NCBI GenBank assembly: GCA_963737125.1
Contig: CAVTRL010000003.1
Span: 132,204 to 196,203, forward strand
DNA: 64,000 bases
Source: an uncultured Chloroflexia bacterium
Lineage (GTDB): Bacteria > Chloroflexota > UBA5177
Reading direction: 5' to 3'
A model generated the notes under the pieces. It made no database searches, had not been told where the DNA came from, and was given only the letters and a program-made list of their open reading frames with translations. Both the position numbers and the translations under genes were made by a program. The first letter of the stretch is position 1. Each line of letters starts with the position of its first letter. Below are positions 1 through 13,372 of this stretch, in pieces.

Positions 1-252
1 CGGGGCCTACGGATTGGGTGGCTCGCTCGCATCCGCCAAACCGAGCGTGTCGCACTCGAGCACCCACATACTGATCCAGCGAACGATTCGCGCGGAGCAC
101 CGGGTGCAGGTCTGGTCTCGATCTCGCGCCGCAGCACCGCGGTAGACGCCGGACGGTTGCAAGGAAGCCGACGCTCGCCTCGCACGGACCTTTCCGAAGG
201 CACGGGCGCCCGAAGACGCCCGCGGCGGACAGTTACCGGCTCCCGATTCCCC

Positions 253-2732
<2,480 letters not shown>

Positions 2733-2833
2733 CGTTCATCCTCCAAATAGGTAAAGCCCTCCATCCACTTGGGACGGAGGGCGCTCCGCGGTACCACCCA
2801 GATTGTCGAGCGAGGCAGATCACGTGGAAGAGT

Positions 2834-2910
<77 letters not shown>

Positions 2911-3108
2911 GCGTCGTCGACCGCTCGTCAACCGCTCATTGTAGCACCGTAACGGGTGCCGAGCGGGCGGTAACAGACATGCTTGCGAGCGAGTTCGCCT
3001 CGTTGCCGGCTTCACACCATCCCGGCTCGCTGCTGGTGCGGCTACTACTCTCGTTTACCGCCTATATAGATGGCCGGGCACTCGCGCGCCCGGCCCAATT
3101 GTACAGGT

Positions 3109-3445
<337 letters not shown>

Positions 3446-3456
<11 letters not shown>

Positions 3457-3794
3457 GAGAGCCGTTCTCCGATCTACACCGGTGACGATATCTTCGATCG
3501 CGATGCGCGTGATCGCACTGCCTATGTCCGGTCTTCTTGCGGTACCGAACCTTTGGCTTGTACTTGAAAACGATGATTTTCTTGGCCGCGGGTCTGCTTG
3601 ACCACTCGTCCGACGACCTTTGCACCGTCGACCAACGGCCGGCCCTGGCGAAGACCACTGTCATCAGACACGAGCAGGACTTCGGTCAACTCGACGGTCT
3701 CGCCTTCCTCATACGGAAGCTTCTCGACCTCGATGATCTGACCCGGCTCGACGCGGTGCTGCTTGCCGCCAGTTTGAATGACTGCGAAAGGCAT
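3446..3794 (-). CDS. rplU: 50S ribosomal protein L21 (apparent internal frameshift)
   Basis: N-terminal [26 protein letters not shown] is in one frame. The C-terminal [21 protein letters not shown] motif is in another frame (ORF 3446..3664). Conserved rplU-rpmA order. Confidence 0.8.
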
Positions 3795-3891
3795 CCGACG
3801 TTCCTTCTGCTGTAGTGCGTTGATGCGCACCAGAAATTAACGGCCCCAGGAGGCCGCTCGCTGCCAGTCTAGCAACCAGATCGGGAGTTCG

Positions 3892-4350
3892 TCAAGCCTG
3901 AGCGGCCTGGCGATCCGCGGCGCTTAGTCCTGGTTCAGAGGCATGGTAGGAGACGATTTGCCAGCGGGCTCCCTTGCGTTCAAGCACGGCGGTCATGCGC
4001 AGCTCTTCCACGCGCTTGTCTTCGCCGTGGGTGACTGTGCGGATTTCCGTGCCGGAGAGCCAGGCAACATCACCGACAGCGTGGCAGATCGAGTTCCGCA
4101 ATCTCGCATCGACCCGCACATCGCCCAACTGCTGGAAGCGCTCTTCCCAGTAGCCGCGGACCTTCTCCCATCCCTGCCTGATGGTTCCCGATCGGCCGGC
4201 AACAGCCGCGTACCGTTCGTGCGCCCAGATACTGTCAATCGCTTTCAGATTCTTGTTCGACACGGCTCGGTAGAAATTGGCAGCAGTATCCTTTACTTCG
4301 TCATTGACGCCGTACCGTGCACGGCCGATGGCAACACCTTTCGGTTCCAC
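3892..4350 (-). CDS. SnoaL/NTF2-like (DUF4440-type) protein
   Basis: 152-aa ORF with NTF2-fold-like composition (W/Y-rich, ...IRTVTHGEDKRVEELRMTAVLERKGARWQIVSYHAS). Confidence 0.5.
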   Translation of the reverse strand: MEPKGVAIGRARYGVNDEVKDTAANFYRAVSNKNLKAIDSIWAHERYAAVAGRSGTIRQGWEKVRGYWEERFQQLGDVRVDARLRNSICHAVGDVAWLSGTEIRTVTHGEDKRVEELRMTAVLERKGARWQIVSYHASEPGLSAADRQAAQA

Positions 4351-4526
4351 GTATACATCCTCTGGGAGCGATTTGGCAGGTGAATTCGAATGGGCCGGCC
4401 GAATGTGCGAGAAAAAGATTTCTCACAGAACAGAAAACATCTCAGGTTCACCATGACGTCATGGTGTCGCGGAGATGTCTCACAGTGTACCAGGTTTTCG
4501 GGCCGAAAACCGGCTCGGTACTCGAT

Positions 4527-5048
4527 TTACGCGCTTTCTTTGCGCCGCTGCGGACGAGAGCGGCCACGCCGATAATTATTGGGCCGACGCGTTGGAGCTT
4601 CGCGTTCGTCACCATCATCCGATCGAACCGACAACGTCGCCTTGTACAGAATTCGATGCGGACAGCGGACCGGACCGCGGCGCGATTCCTCCGCGATTTC
4701 GCGGCCCGAGCAGAGCATCATACCGGTTCGTTCGGATTCCTGCTCGCGAATCATGGCTGCGACGATTTTGTCAATTTCGTAGCCACCCTCATGGCAAGCA
4801 GGATTCGAGCAGGGAACCATTCCCTGCGTGAAGTTACCTCGTCGAAAGCCGATCTTCTTCAGATCACCCTGTTTGTCGTCTTCCGGTCCGCGACGCTCAT
4901 GCCATTCAATGAGGACATCGGAGAGCATTGGAAAGGCCGCCTTGAAGGTACTGACCCCGTTGTAAAACGCGTTCGGACGATACTTTTCACCCACTGTCGA
5001 ACCTCTCCCTGGCAGTACCTGCGCTTCATTGTACGATGCACTCTTCAT
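4527..5048 (-). CDS. Hypothetical Cys-containing protein (CSNPAC...CSGRE...RCPH); atypical lower GC3
   Basis: 173-aa ORF in a lower-GC patch. An ATG start lies upstream of RidA on the opposite strand. Coding status is uncertain. Confidence 0.35.
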   Translation of the reverse strand: MKSASYNEAQVLPGRGSTVGEKYRPNAFYNGVSTFKAAFPMLSDVLIEWHERRGPEDDKQGDLKKIGFRRGNFTQGMVPCSNPACHEGGYEIDKIVAAMIREQESERTGMMLCSGREIAEESRRGPVRCPHRILYKATLSVRSDDGDEREAPTRRPNNYRRGRSRPQRRKESA

Positions 5049-5078
5049 AATGAGCTCAAATGGCAGGAGGTCGACTCA

Positions 5079-5543
5079 ATGTCCTTCGAATCGAGAGCTC
5101 GGGACCTGGGGATCACCGTACCGGAACCGGCCAGACCGCTGGCGAGTTACGTGCCGGCGGTGCGGGCCGGTTCTTTCGTCTACACGTCCGGCCAGCTTCC
5201 CACGGTGAACGGTGAGCTGGAATGCCGCGGCATCGTCGGTGTCGACGTGAATGACGAACAGGCAAATCACGCGGCACGCACCGCGCTGATCAACGCCCTG
5301 GCGGCGGTGGGAACAGTAGCCTCGCTCGACGACGTTGTCCAGGTGGTGCGAGTGACCGGCTACGTGGCCAGCGCGCCTCACTTCACAGGTCAGCCGGGGG
5401 TCCTGAACGGCGCTTCAGACTTGCTACTGGAGCTGTTCGGTGACGCCGGCAAACACAGCCGCGCGGCCGTCGGAGTGGCATCGCTTCCGTTAGGTGCGCC
5501 GGTGGAGATTGACTTGATCGTGCAGCTACGAACGTCGGATTAG
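5079..5543 (+). CDS. RidA/YjgF (endoribonuclease L-PSP) family protein
   Basis: [41 protein letters not shown]... RidA signature. RBS GGCAGGAGG lies upstream of ATG 5079. The 5' part of the long ORF 4317..5543 is read-through. Confidence 0.8.
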   Translation: MSFESRARDLGITVPEPARPLASYVPAVRAGSFVYTSGQLPTVNGELECRGIVGVDVNDEQANHAARTALINALAAVGTVASLDDVVQVVRVTGYVASAPHFTGQPGVLNGASDLLLELFGDAGKHSRAAVGVASLPLGAPVEIDLIVQLRTSD

Positions 5544-5596
5544 TTCGGAACCCGGGAGTGATATGTGACTATCGATCACGGTAGCGTGGAGCATTC

Positions 5597-6362
5597 TTAG
5601 AGCGGGCGACGGAAGAAGTCCTCCAGCACCGGCGCCACGGCGGCCGGATCGATATCGTGGCCCTGGCCGGCGAGGGTATGGTATTCGGCTCGTGGTAATG
5701 CGTGTGCCAGCGAACGCGCCGCCTGCCGCATAACCTCGGGAGACTCCTCACCGTCTATAACGATTGTCGGGCACCCGGACGGAAGCGATCGTGTCGGCCG
5801 GCAATGCTTGCAGGATGGACGATTCATAGACGAGCGTCTGCGCCAGGTCTTCCAGTGCCGGCCGGAATGGGGCGTTGCGAAGCTGGGCGACGACGGCCGG
5901 TGGTATGCCGACTGCATCGGTTTGAAAGAGCTCGACGGCATCGCCCCGGCGGCCCTCCAGGACGAGCTCGGCGAGCTGCGGAGCAAGATCGCCGGCCCGC
6001 CCTCCGGTGGGCGGCGGCTCGTATAGCGCGAGCCGCGAGACAGGCAGGCCGTACGCCGCAGCCCGCAGTGCGAGGATGGCACCCGAGGAGTACCCGAAGA
6101 CAGAGGCCGACTCTCCGGCAAGCTCGATCAGTGCGCCGAGGTCTTCGATCTCGCGTTCCACGGCATACGGTACGGTATCGGTACTCTCGCCCCGCCCCCG
6201 GCGATCGTAGTTAAAGACGGTGAATTGTCGTTCGAGCGCCGCGGCGAGGGGTGCACCAGTCGCCCGGAGGTTGAATGCGCCAACCACCAGGATGACCGGA
6301 GGGCCGTCGCCGGACCGGTCGAAGGCGATACGCGTACCGTCTTTCGAGTGTACTGCCGGCAC
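5597..6362 (-). CDS. Alpha/beta hydrolase (frameshift near 6000-6120)
   Basis: N-terminal part (GTG start after AAGGAG RBS; ILVVGAFN..., GYSSGAILAL nucleophile elbow) lies in frame of ORF 5748..6500. C-terminal part (LAGQGHDIDPAAVAPVLEDFF) lies in frame of ORF 5597..6121. Confidence 0.7.
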
Positions 6363-6628
6363 GGTGTTCTCCTTTACTTTCTTCTCGGTAAGCGAAGCGA
6401 TTCCATAGAAACGCACTCGTGCGGATTGTAACGGGTTCAAGAAAGCCGCGGGAAGTCCGGCCCGCCACACCGACGGGCGGCACGGCTCATCTCTACGCAA
6501 TTGAATGCGCCGAACATGTGATAAAGGAGGGGGAAACTGGTCGTATCCGACAGCTCCCCCAATGACGGGCAGGGCGGAGTCAGTCGCGGATCTGTCCGTC
6601 GATTCACTCGTAGAGAAGGAGGAGAACC

Positions 6629-7063
6629 ATGATCAAACGGATGGACCACGTGGGCATCGTCGTCGATGATCTCGCGGCCGCGATTGAATTCTTCGTCGCG
6701 CTTGGACTCGAACCTCAGGGCAAGGGCCCGGTCGAGGGCCGGTGGGTGGATCGCGTTGTGGGGCTGGACGGCGTCCGAGCAGATGTCGCGTTCGTGCGGA
6801 CCGCGGATGGCCATGGACAACTAGAGCTGACGAAGTTCCACACGCCCGTGAGTCAGGATCACAACCGGAACGCGCCGGCGAACACACCGGGCATTCGCCA
6901 CGTTGCATTCGTCGTCGAAGACATCGACGCCGTGGTTGCCGGCGCGCGAGCCCGGGGCGTGGAACTCGTGGGCGATCTGGAACGTTACGAGGATATCTAC
7001 CGGCTCTGCCTGGTCCGCGGTCCCGAGGGGATCATCGTGGAGCTGGCAGAACAGATCAGCTGA
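6629..7063 (+). CDS. VOC/glyoxalase-bleomycin resistance family protein
   Basis: MIKRMDHVGIVVDDLAAAIEFFVALGLEP... duplicated βαβββ VOC pattern. Confidence 0.75.
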   Translation: MIKRMDHVGIVVDDLAAAIEFFVALGLEPQGKGPVEGRWVDRVVGLDGVRADVAFVRTADGHGQLELTKFHTPVSQDHNRNAPANTPGIRHVAFVVEDIDAVVAGARARGVELVGDLERYEDIYRLCLVRGPEGIIVELAEQIS

Positions 7064-7238
7064 CCGGCCTCCAACCGAAGAGAGCGATCCGGCTCGCGTT
7101 CCGCACACGGATCCTCGTGCGGAGGGTCGGTGTGCCACCCCGGAACGCACAGAGTCCGTGAATTTCGCCGGCAAATGGCGGCGTGGCAAGTCGAGATCGG
7201 TCGTTTCCGACAGCGGCCAAATGCCGAGCAGACCCGAG

Positions 7239-7754
7239 TCAGTCGCCGGTCTGTCCGTCGATGCGCTCGCGGAGGAGGTCGGCGTGACCGTTGTGCCGGG
7301 CGTACTCCTCGATCATGTGCACCATGATCCAACGCACGGAGACGGACCTTCCCCACTGGCGGTGTGTGACCACATCGTCGAGCGAGTGCGCGGCCACCAG
7401 GGTACGGGCGTCCTCGCATTCGTGTTGCCAGGTGGCGAACGCCTCGTCGGGGTCGGCGGTATCGACGTTGTCGAACTCGCCATCACGATCGGTCGAGGTA
7501 TAGAAGAGCGGAGGGGCGTTATCCGCCTCCAGCACTCGCTTGAACCAGCTTCGCTCGACGTCGGCCATGTGCCGGACAAGCCCGAGCAACGACAGCGAGG
7601 ACGGCTCAGCCGACCGTAGCCTGAGCTGGTCCGCGCTCAGACCGGCGCATTTCATGAGCAGAGTCGCCCGATGGTAATCGAGCCAGGAATCGAGCATCGT
7701 CCGCTCATCGGCGATGAGCGGCAACTCCGGACGGTCGTCAAAGGGTTCAGACAC
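7239..7754 (-). CDS. DinB_2/DUF664 family protein
   Basis: 171 aa, [21 protein letters not shown]...[21 protein letters not shown] is typical of DUF664. Confidence 0.65.
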   Translation of the reverse strand: MSEPFDDRPELPLIADERTMLDSWLDYHRATLLMKCAGLSADQLRLRSAEPSSLSLLGLVRHMADVERSWFKRVLEADNAPPLFYTSTDRDGEFDNVDTADPDEAFATWQHECEDARTLVAAHSLDDVVTHRQWGRSVSVRWIMVHMIEEYARHNGHADLLRERIDGQTGD

Positions 7755-7790
7755 GACCCAGTGTACAGATTGCAGGGGACGTCGCCGGCT

Positions 7791-8447
7791 CTAACTTACT
7801 TCCTTGAGCACGTAGCCCGCGCCGCGAATGGTATGGATGAGATCCGGCTCACCGAGGCGCATGCGCAGATTACGGATGAAGACCTGCACGACGTTCGAGT
7901 CGTAGCTGCTGCCCCAGACTCGCTCGTAGATCGTTTCGGCTCGATGCACTTCCCGTGGGTGTCGGAGGAAAAACTCGAGGAGGTCGTATTGTTTGGCGGT
8001 GAGCTCGACACGGTGGTCGCCGCGCCGGACCTCGTGCGAGCGGGTGTCCATCACGATATCGCCGAACCGGAGCTCCGGTTCCTCGACGGTCTGCTTGCGT
8101 CTGAGCAGCGCCCGGACACGAGCCAGCAATTCGTCGATCGAGAACGGCTTGACCATATAGTCGTCCGCCCCGCTATCGAGACCGGCAATCCGATCGGACA
8201 CGGTACCACGCGCCGTCAATACCAGAATCGGGACATCGTCGGCGGCCCGCAAACGCCGGCACACCTCGAGCCCATCGAGCCCCGGCAGCATGAGATCAAG
8301 TACGACCATGTCGGGTGGCGCGTCACGGGCCATGCGCAGTCCGGCCATCCCATCCGCCGCGACGGACACCTTATAGCCTTCGTACGTCAGACCGCGACGC
8401 AGCAGATCGCTGATCGCTTCGTCATCTTCGATGACCAGGACTTCCAT
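7791..8447 (-). CDS. OmpR-family response regulator (no adjacent kinase)
   Basis: Receiver domain (MVVLDLMLPGLDG, D-box) plus winged-helix C-terminal (LTAKQYDLLEFFLRHPREV...GAGYVL). Confidence 0.85.
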   Translation of the reverse strand: MEVLVIEDDEAISDLLRRGLTYEGYKVSVAADGMAGLRMARDAPPDMVVLDLMLPGLDGLEVCRRLRAADDVPILVLTARGTVSDRIAGLDSGADDYMVKPFSIDELLARVRALLRRKQTVEEPELRFGDIVMDTRSHEVRRGDHRVELTAKQYDLLEFFLRHPREVHRAETIYERVWGSSYDSNVVQVFIRNLRMRLGEPDLIHTIRGAGYVLKEVS

Positions 8448-8585
8448 GACCAGGACCCCTTCCAGCAGGCTCGTAATTGCGCAGATTGTAGCAGGTAGTC
8501 GATTCTAGTTGACACTGTTTATGGGCCACCCCGGCTGGTAAAATGAAGCCAGCGTACCATCCCGACGAGAGAGACGAGGCGCGCC

Positions 8586-9413
8586 GTGCCCGAATTGCCC
8601 GAGGTTGAAACGATGGTCCGCGACCTGCGGATGCGCGTGCCGGGGCGTACGATCGTGGACGTGGAGGCGAGCTTCGAGGGCGCGGTGGTGTGGCCTTCCT
8701 ACGCCGAGTTCCGGGATCGAGCGCGCGGCCGGCAGATAGTGGGACTGGGCCGCCGTGGCAAGTTCGCGAGCCTGGAACTCGAGTCGGGGGACGCGCTGAT
8801 CGTTCATCGCGGCATGACCGGAAGTCTGCTGTTGCGCCGGTCTCAGGATGAGATGGAGCCGTACGTGCGTTTGATACTTCGGCTGGATGATGGATCGGAG
8901 CTAAGGTTCACCGATCCTCGCAAGTTCGGCAAGTTGTACATCATGCATTCATCGGGCGACGAACGGCCGCTGCCGTGGACTCACATGGGCCCGGAACCAC
9001 TCAACGGCGCATTTTCGGCAAAGTCGTTCGCGGCGTCACTGGCCGGGCGCACCGGACTGATCAAGCCGCTGCTCCTCAACCAGCGACTGGTGGTCGGCCT
9101 GGGGAATATCTATGTGGATGAGGCGCTGCATCTGGCAAGGATTCATCCGGAGCGTCGGGCGAGCTCGCTCACTCCAGCGGAGATCCGGCGCCTGTACACC
9201 GCCATTCGGGAGGTTTTGAGCGCGGCGATCGAGGGCCGAGGGACCACATTCAACTCGTACATGGATATCGAGGGCCGGCCGGGTGAATACAAGAAGGAGC
9301 TCCGGGTCTTTGGACGTACTGGAGCGGCGTGTCCGCGCTGTGGAACCACGGTCGTGAAGTTCGTGGTGGGCGGGCGGGGAACGCATATCTGCCCGCGCTG
9401 TCAGAAAGTGTGA
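8586..9413 (+). CDS. mutM: Formamidopyrimidine-DNA glycosylase
   Basis: MPELPEVET N-terminus (catalytic Pro2/Glu3), H2TH region, and C-terminal zinc finger CPRCGTTVVKFVVGGRGTHICPRCQ. Confidence 0.9.
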   Translation: MPELPEVETMVRDLRMRVPGRTIVDVEASFEGAVVWPSYAEFRDRARGRQIVGLGRRGKFASLELESGDALIVHRGMTGSLLLRRSQDEMEPYVRLILRLDDGSELRFTDPRKFGKLYIMHSSGDERPLPWTHMGPEPLNGAFSAKSFAASLAGRTGLIKPLLLNQRLVVGLGNIYVDEALHLARIHPERRASSLTPAEIRRLYTAIREVLSAAIEGRGTTFNSYMDIEGRPGEYKKELRVFGRTGAACPRCGTTVVKFVVGGRGTHICPRCQKV

Positions 9414-9417
9414 GCGG

Positions 9418-11253
9418 ATGCCTATTCTGACGGTCGCAAACGTATCGCATTACTTCGGCGCGGCTCGCATTCTGGACGATGTCTCCTTCGCAATCGAGCG
9501 GGGTGACCACGTGGGGATGGTGGGAGCCAACGGCGCGGGCAAATCGACCCTGCTGCGCATCATCGCAGGTGAAATCGAGCCTGATGCCGGTAGCGTGGGC
9601 CGGTCACGGGGAATACGGGTTGCCTATCTTCCGCAGGAGCCGGAGTTCGACGACAGGCTTTCACTGCACGAGACCATGCTCGGGGTGTTCAGGGATGTCA
9701 TCGACGCTCAGGAGATGCTGCACCTGATCGAAGCCGAGATGGGCAGTGGCAGCGGCGATCCAGACGCGATGGAAGAATACAGCCGCCTACAGGCGCTGGT
9801 GGAGGCGGCGGGATATGACTATCCGCAGAGAATCGAGCGAGTCCTCTCGGGTCTGGGTCTACCCGCCGAGACCTGGGAGCTGCCGATCGGGCAACTGAGC
9901 GGTGGCCAGCGAACGCGAGCAAACCTCGGACGGACGCTGTTGCGGGAGGCCGATCTCCTGCTGCTCGACGAGCCCACGAACCACCTGGACATACCGGCGG
10001 TCGAATGGCTCCAGTCGTATCTGCACGACCTGCCACGGGCGTTTTTGATCGTCGCGCACGACCGGTACCTGCTCGACGGAGTAACACGGCGGACACTCGA
10101 GCTCTCGGGCGGGCACCTCACGTCGTACGACGCGCCTTACGGGCGCTACCTTGCACTCCGGGCAGAGCGCGCGGAGCGCCTGCGGTTGGAATACGAGGCC
10201 CAACAGGCGCACATCGCGAAGACCGAAGAGTTCATACGGCGCTACGGCGCCGGGCAGCGATATAAGGAGGCTCGGGGCCGTCAAAAGCAGCTCGACCGCC
10301 TGGAACGCGTGGAGCGACCGGAGGATGCGTCGGTCGTACAGCTCAACGTGAAAGGTGCGGCCCGCAGCGGCGAAGTCGTGCTCGACCTGCGTGACCTGGT
10401 GGTCGGATACGAGGGTGTGCCGCTGGTGGCTCTGCCGCGCGAGGTGACGCTACGGCGCGGGGAACATGTGGCACTGGTGGGAGCGAACGGCAGTGGGAAA
10501 ACGACGCTGCTGCGGACGCTCATGGGCAGCGTACCGCCAGTCGGAGGGACGTACCGATGGGGGACGCGGGTGTCGATCGGCTACTATTCACAGTCGGCGT
10601 ACGAGCTGGACGATCAGCGAACGGTGATCGACGAGATCCGGCTAACAGCGCCGATGGACGAGGAGCAAGCCCGCGGCTACCTCGGCCAGTTCCTTTTTTC
10701 GGGCGATGCCGTCTTCAAGCCGATCGGCGCTTTGAGCGGGGGGGAGCGCGGCCGGGTTGCCCTGGCAAAGCTGATCCTGGAAGAGCCGAACGTTCTGCTC
10801 CTTGATGAGCCGACCAATCATCTGGATATCGCCTCGCGTGAGGCTCTGCAAGCCGTGCTGGCGCCATTTCCCGGCACCATACTGTTCGTATCGCACGACC
10901 GCTATCTCATCGATAGCCTGGCCGCGCAGCTCTGGGTGGTGCAGGACGGTACCTTGCGGCGCTACGCGGGCACGTATTCCGAGTATGCGGCCGGTACCGC
11001 CGCCCCGCTGGACCGCGTGGAAATTGACAACGGCGCGCCGAGCGGCACACAGCGACTACCACCCGGCGAGCAAATGATCGAGCTACAAACTGAGGCGATA
11101 GCTCTTTCCGATCGGCTAGCCCAGACGGGTACGACCACGTCGGTGGAGGGCCTCGCCGAGTTGACCGAACGCTACGCCGGCCTTCTCCACCAGCTCCACG
11201 AGGTCGAGGACGAATGGCTCGCGGGCATCCACCGTCAACTGCACGCGTCTTAG
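9418..11253 (+). CDS. ABC-F family ATPase (two ABC domains; EttA/Uup/YheS-like)
   Basis: Two Walker A motifs (GANGAGKST, GANGSGKTT), two LSGG signatures, a C-terminal coiled coil, and no transmembrane domain. Confidence 0.9.
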   Translation: MPILTVANVSHYFGAARILDDVSFAIERGDHVGMVGANGAGKSTLLRIIAGEIEPDAGSVGRSRGIRVAYLPQEPEFDDRLSLHETMLGVFRDVIDAQEMLHLIEAEMGSGSGDPDAMEEYSRLQALVEAAGYDYPQRIERVLSGLGLPAETWELPIGQLSGGQRTRANLGRTLLREADLLLLDEPTNHLDIPAVEWLQSYLHDLPRAFLIVAHDRYLLDGVTRRTLELSGGHLTSYDAPYGRYLALRAERAERLRLEYEAQQAHIAKTEEFIRRYGAGQRYKEARGRQKQLDRLERVERPEDASVVQLNVKGAARSGEVVLDLRDLVVGYEGVPLVALPREVTLRRGEHVALVGANGSGKTTLLRTLMGSVPPVGGTYRWGTRVSIGYYSQSAYELDDQRTVIDEIRLTAPMDEEQARGYLGQFLFSGDAVFKPIGALSGGERGRVALAKLILEEPNVLLLDEPTNHLDIASREALQAVLAPFPGTILFVSHDRYLIDSLAAQLWVVQDGTLRRYAGTYSEYAAGTAAPLDRVEIDNGAPSGTQRLPPGEQMIELQTEAIALSDRLAQTGTTTSVEGLAELTERYAGLLHQLHEVEDEWLAGIHRQLHAS

Positions 11254-11861
11254 GCATTACCGGCCCCATAGCCGCGGGCAAGTCCACGGTAGGCGCCGAG
11301 CTGATCGCACTCGGGGCGCTGGTGCGTATCGACGCCGACGAGCTGACCCATGAGGCAATGCGACCGGGGACTGATACGACCCGGGCGATAGCGTCGGCAT
11401 TTGGAGAGGATGTGCTGGACGCCGGGGGTCGCGTCAACCGCCGCACGTTGGGGGAGATCGTGTTTGGTGACGGGGCGGCGCTGCGGCTGCTGGAGGCGAT
11501 CGTGCACCCGGCAGTAGAGGCCGCCGCTCAGCAGCGCGTAGAACGGTTCGCGGGTCGGGAAGGTGTAATCGTGCTAGACGCCGTCAAGCTGCTGGAGGGT
11601 CGACTGGCGGACCTGTGCGATCGGATCTGGGTGATCTCGTGCACAGTGGAAGAGCAAGAGCGACGTTTAGTTCAGGAGCGAGGGTTATCCCCGGCGGCGG
11701 CTCGGGCGCGCATCGACGCCGGTCCCGCATTCACGGATCCACGAATCGATGCGGTCATCGACAATTCCGGCTCCTGGGATTCAACGCGCGCTCGGGTGCA
11801 CGACCTATGGCAAGCGTTTGCCGGCTCCGCCTCACATCCCGGCAAAGACGGCACCACGTAA
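11214..11861 (+). CDS. coaE: Dephospho-CoA kinase
   Basis: VLGITGPIAAGKSTVGAEL P-loop and VIDADELTHEAM...IVHPAV motifs. The ATG start lies 40 nt inside the end of the ABC-F gene. Confidence 0.8.
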   Translation: MARGHPPSTARVLGITGPIAAGKSTVGAELIALGALVRIDADELTHEAMRPGTDTTRAIASAFGEDVLDAGGRVNRRTLGEIVFGDGAALRLLEAIVHPAVEAAAQQRVERFAGREGVIVLDAVKLLEGRLADLCDRIWVISCTVEEQERRLVQERGLSPAAARARIDAGPAFTDPRIDAVIDNSGSWDSTRARVHDLWQAFAGSASHPGKDGTT

Positions 11862-11896
11862 TTCTCCCCGGAATGGAGATCGATGGTCCGTCGATC

Positions 11897-12604
11897 TCAG
11901 TCGTGTGGGTGTATATCGTCGGGCGGAACGAGTCCCCGTTGTAGCGCAAGTCGCGTTGCCTCAACTCTCGACCCCGCCTGCATTTTATGTAAAATATGAC
12001 TGACATGGTGATCCACGGTTCGCTGACTGAGGTAGAGCCGAGCGGCAATATCGGCGTTACTGAGACCGCGTGCGACGAGCTGGAGTACCTGGACCTCGCG
12101 GGCGGTCAGTCCGAATGGTATATCGGCCGATTCCTCCCTCTCCAGATCACCGAAGTCCTCGCCGGAGTCCACGGGCCGCACAACGGCAGTGAGCCCCTCC
12201 ATGCGGACAACTTCCACCTCGCTACCGATCGGTATGACGATACCTGCTGGTTCGGGACGCGCGGTCCAGAACTGGCCGACTCCTACCCGAATCTGGCCGT
12301 TGAGTTGCGAGACCGATTCTTCGACGAGAGCGCGTTGTCCGACCGGGCCGATCGCCGGTGCATTGTTGGATGCCGACGCACGCGGCAGGAGATGGAGGAC
12401 GGCCGGACGGACCGCCAGGAGCAAGACGAGTGAGACCAGGCAGAAAAAGACGATCTGGACCGGTACCGGAGCGGCGAGCGAGACGGCGGCGGTGAGCAGT
12501 GCCGCAATGGAGAGAGAGGCAAGAAACAATCCTAACGATAGAAGCTCACCGACCAACGTTACGATGGCGACGATGAGCCACACCAACCAGAGGGTTTGCG
12601 GCAT
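11897..12604 (-). CDS. Membrane-anchored NfeD-like OB-fold domain fused to a C-terminal LuxR-type HTH
   Basis: Two N-terminal TM helices. NfeD β-barrel motif GQIRVGVGQFWTARPEPAG...EVEVVRMEGLTAVVRP. C-terminal LTAREVQVLQLVARGLSNADIAARLYLSQRTVDHHVSHILHKM (LuxR/GerE HTH). Confidence 0.75.
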   Translation of the reverse strand: MPQTLWLVWLIVAIVTLVGELLSLGLFLASLSIAALLTAAVSLAAPVPVQIVFFCLVSLVLLLAVRPAVLHLLPRASASNNAPAIGPVGQRALVEESVSQLNGQIRVGVGQFWTARPEPAGIVIPIGSEVEVVRMEGLTAVVRPVDSGEDFGDLEREESADIPFGLTAREVQVLQLVARGLSNADIAARLYLSQRTVDHHVSHILHKMQAGSRVEATRLALQRGLVPPDDIHPHD

Positions 12605-12874
12605 GCGGCGGGATGCTCCTGGGCCGGGCGGCCCACGGGATTCGAATAGGCAGGGTGCCTACGGCCAAAATGGGCACAAATACCGATGATTTAGGTGAGA
12701 AAAAGGCGTAGGTTGTGAGTGAGAGGTTGGAATGACAAGTCTCCGAGCTCTCAGAGGAGAGACCGATTCGAAGAACTGCTTCCCGAGAGATTTTACGTGG
12801 AATGATAGCCGTCAACGGTTGTGGAGAGGCAGATAGTCGCGGGCCGCGGTAAAGGCCAGACCGAGAGGTAAGCA

Positions 12875-13369
12875 ATGGGGACGTGGTGGGTATGGCTGGT
12901 AATAGCTCTACTCGCAGGAGTAGGGGAACTGATGACTACCGGTTTGTTCTTCGCGATCGTCGCGGCGGCAGCGGTGTTGATAGCGCTGGTGGCACTGGTG
13001 CTGCCGATAGCGGCCGTGCAGGTCGCGCTGTTCGCGGGCATATCGTTGGGCGGAGTCGTGTTTCTTCGGCCCGCTCTGATGGGTGTACTGAATCTGCAGA
13101 CGCTCGCGCACGGGTCGGGTGACACCGTGCAATCTCGGGTCGCCGGCAAGCGGGCCACGGTGACGCGCACGGTCGACCTGGCAGGAGGACAAATTCGAGT
13201 CGGTGACGGCGAGTTCTGGTCGGCGCGAGCGTACGATCCGGACGATCTGATTCCAGTCGGCGCATCGGCCGACATCGTCGTGGTTGATGGGCTAACCGCT
13301 CTGGTGACACCCGTGGTACCGTTGACACTTGAACACGATGCACAACTGACAACAGAGAAAGGGGCATGA
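12875..13369 (+). CDS. NfeD-like (short form) membrane protein
   Basis: N-terminal TM helices plus GGQIRVGDGEFWSARAYDPDDLIPVGASADIVVVDGLTALVTPV OB-fold. Sits immediately upstream of the SPFH gene. Confidence 0.8.
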   Translation: MGTWWVWLVIALLAGVGELMTTGLFFAIVAAAAVLIALVALVLPIAAVQVALFAGISLGGVVFLRPALMGVLNLQTLAHGSGDTVQSRVAGKRATVTRTVDLAGGQIRVGDGEFWSARAYDPDDLIPVGASADIVVVDGLTALVTPVVPLTLEHDAQLTTEKGA

Positions 13370-13372
13370 GAA

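Noticed and set aside
4317-5078. N-terminal 254 aa of long ORF 4317..5543
   Set aside because: The recognisable RidA domain starts at ATG 5079 with its own RBS. The upstream in-frame stretch is read-through across an intergenic or low-GC region.
12605-12874. Imperfect palindrome GTCTCcgagctctcagaggaGAGAC in the NfeD divergent promoter region
   Set aside because: Only the 5-nt ends are complementary and the interior is not symmetric. Too weak to call an operator without comparative data.
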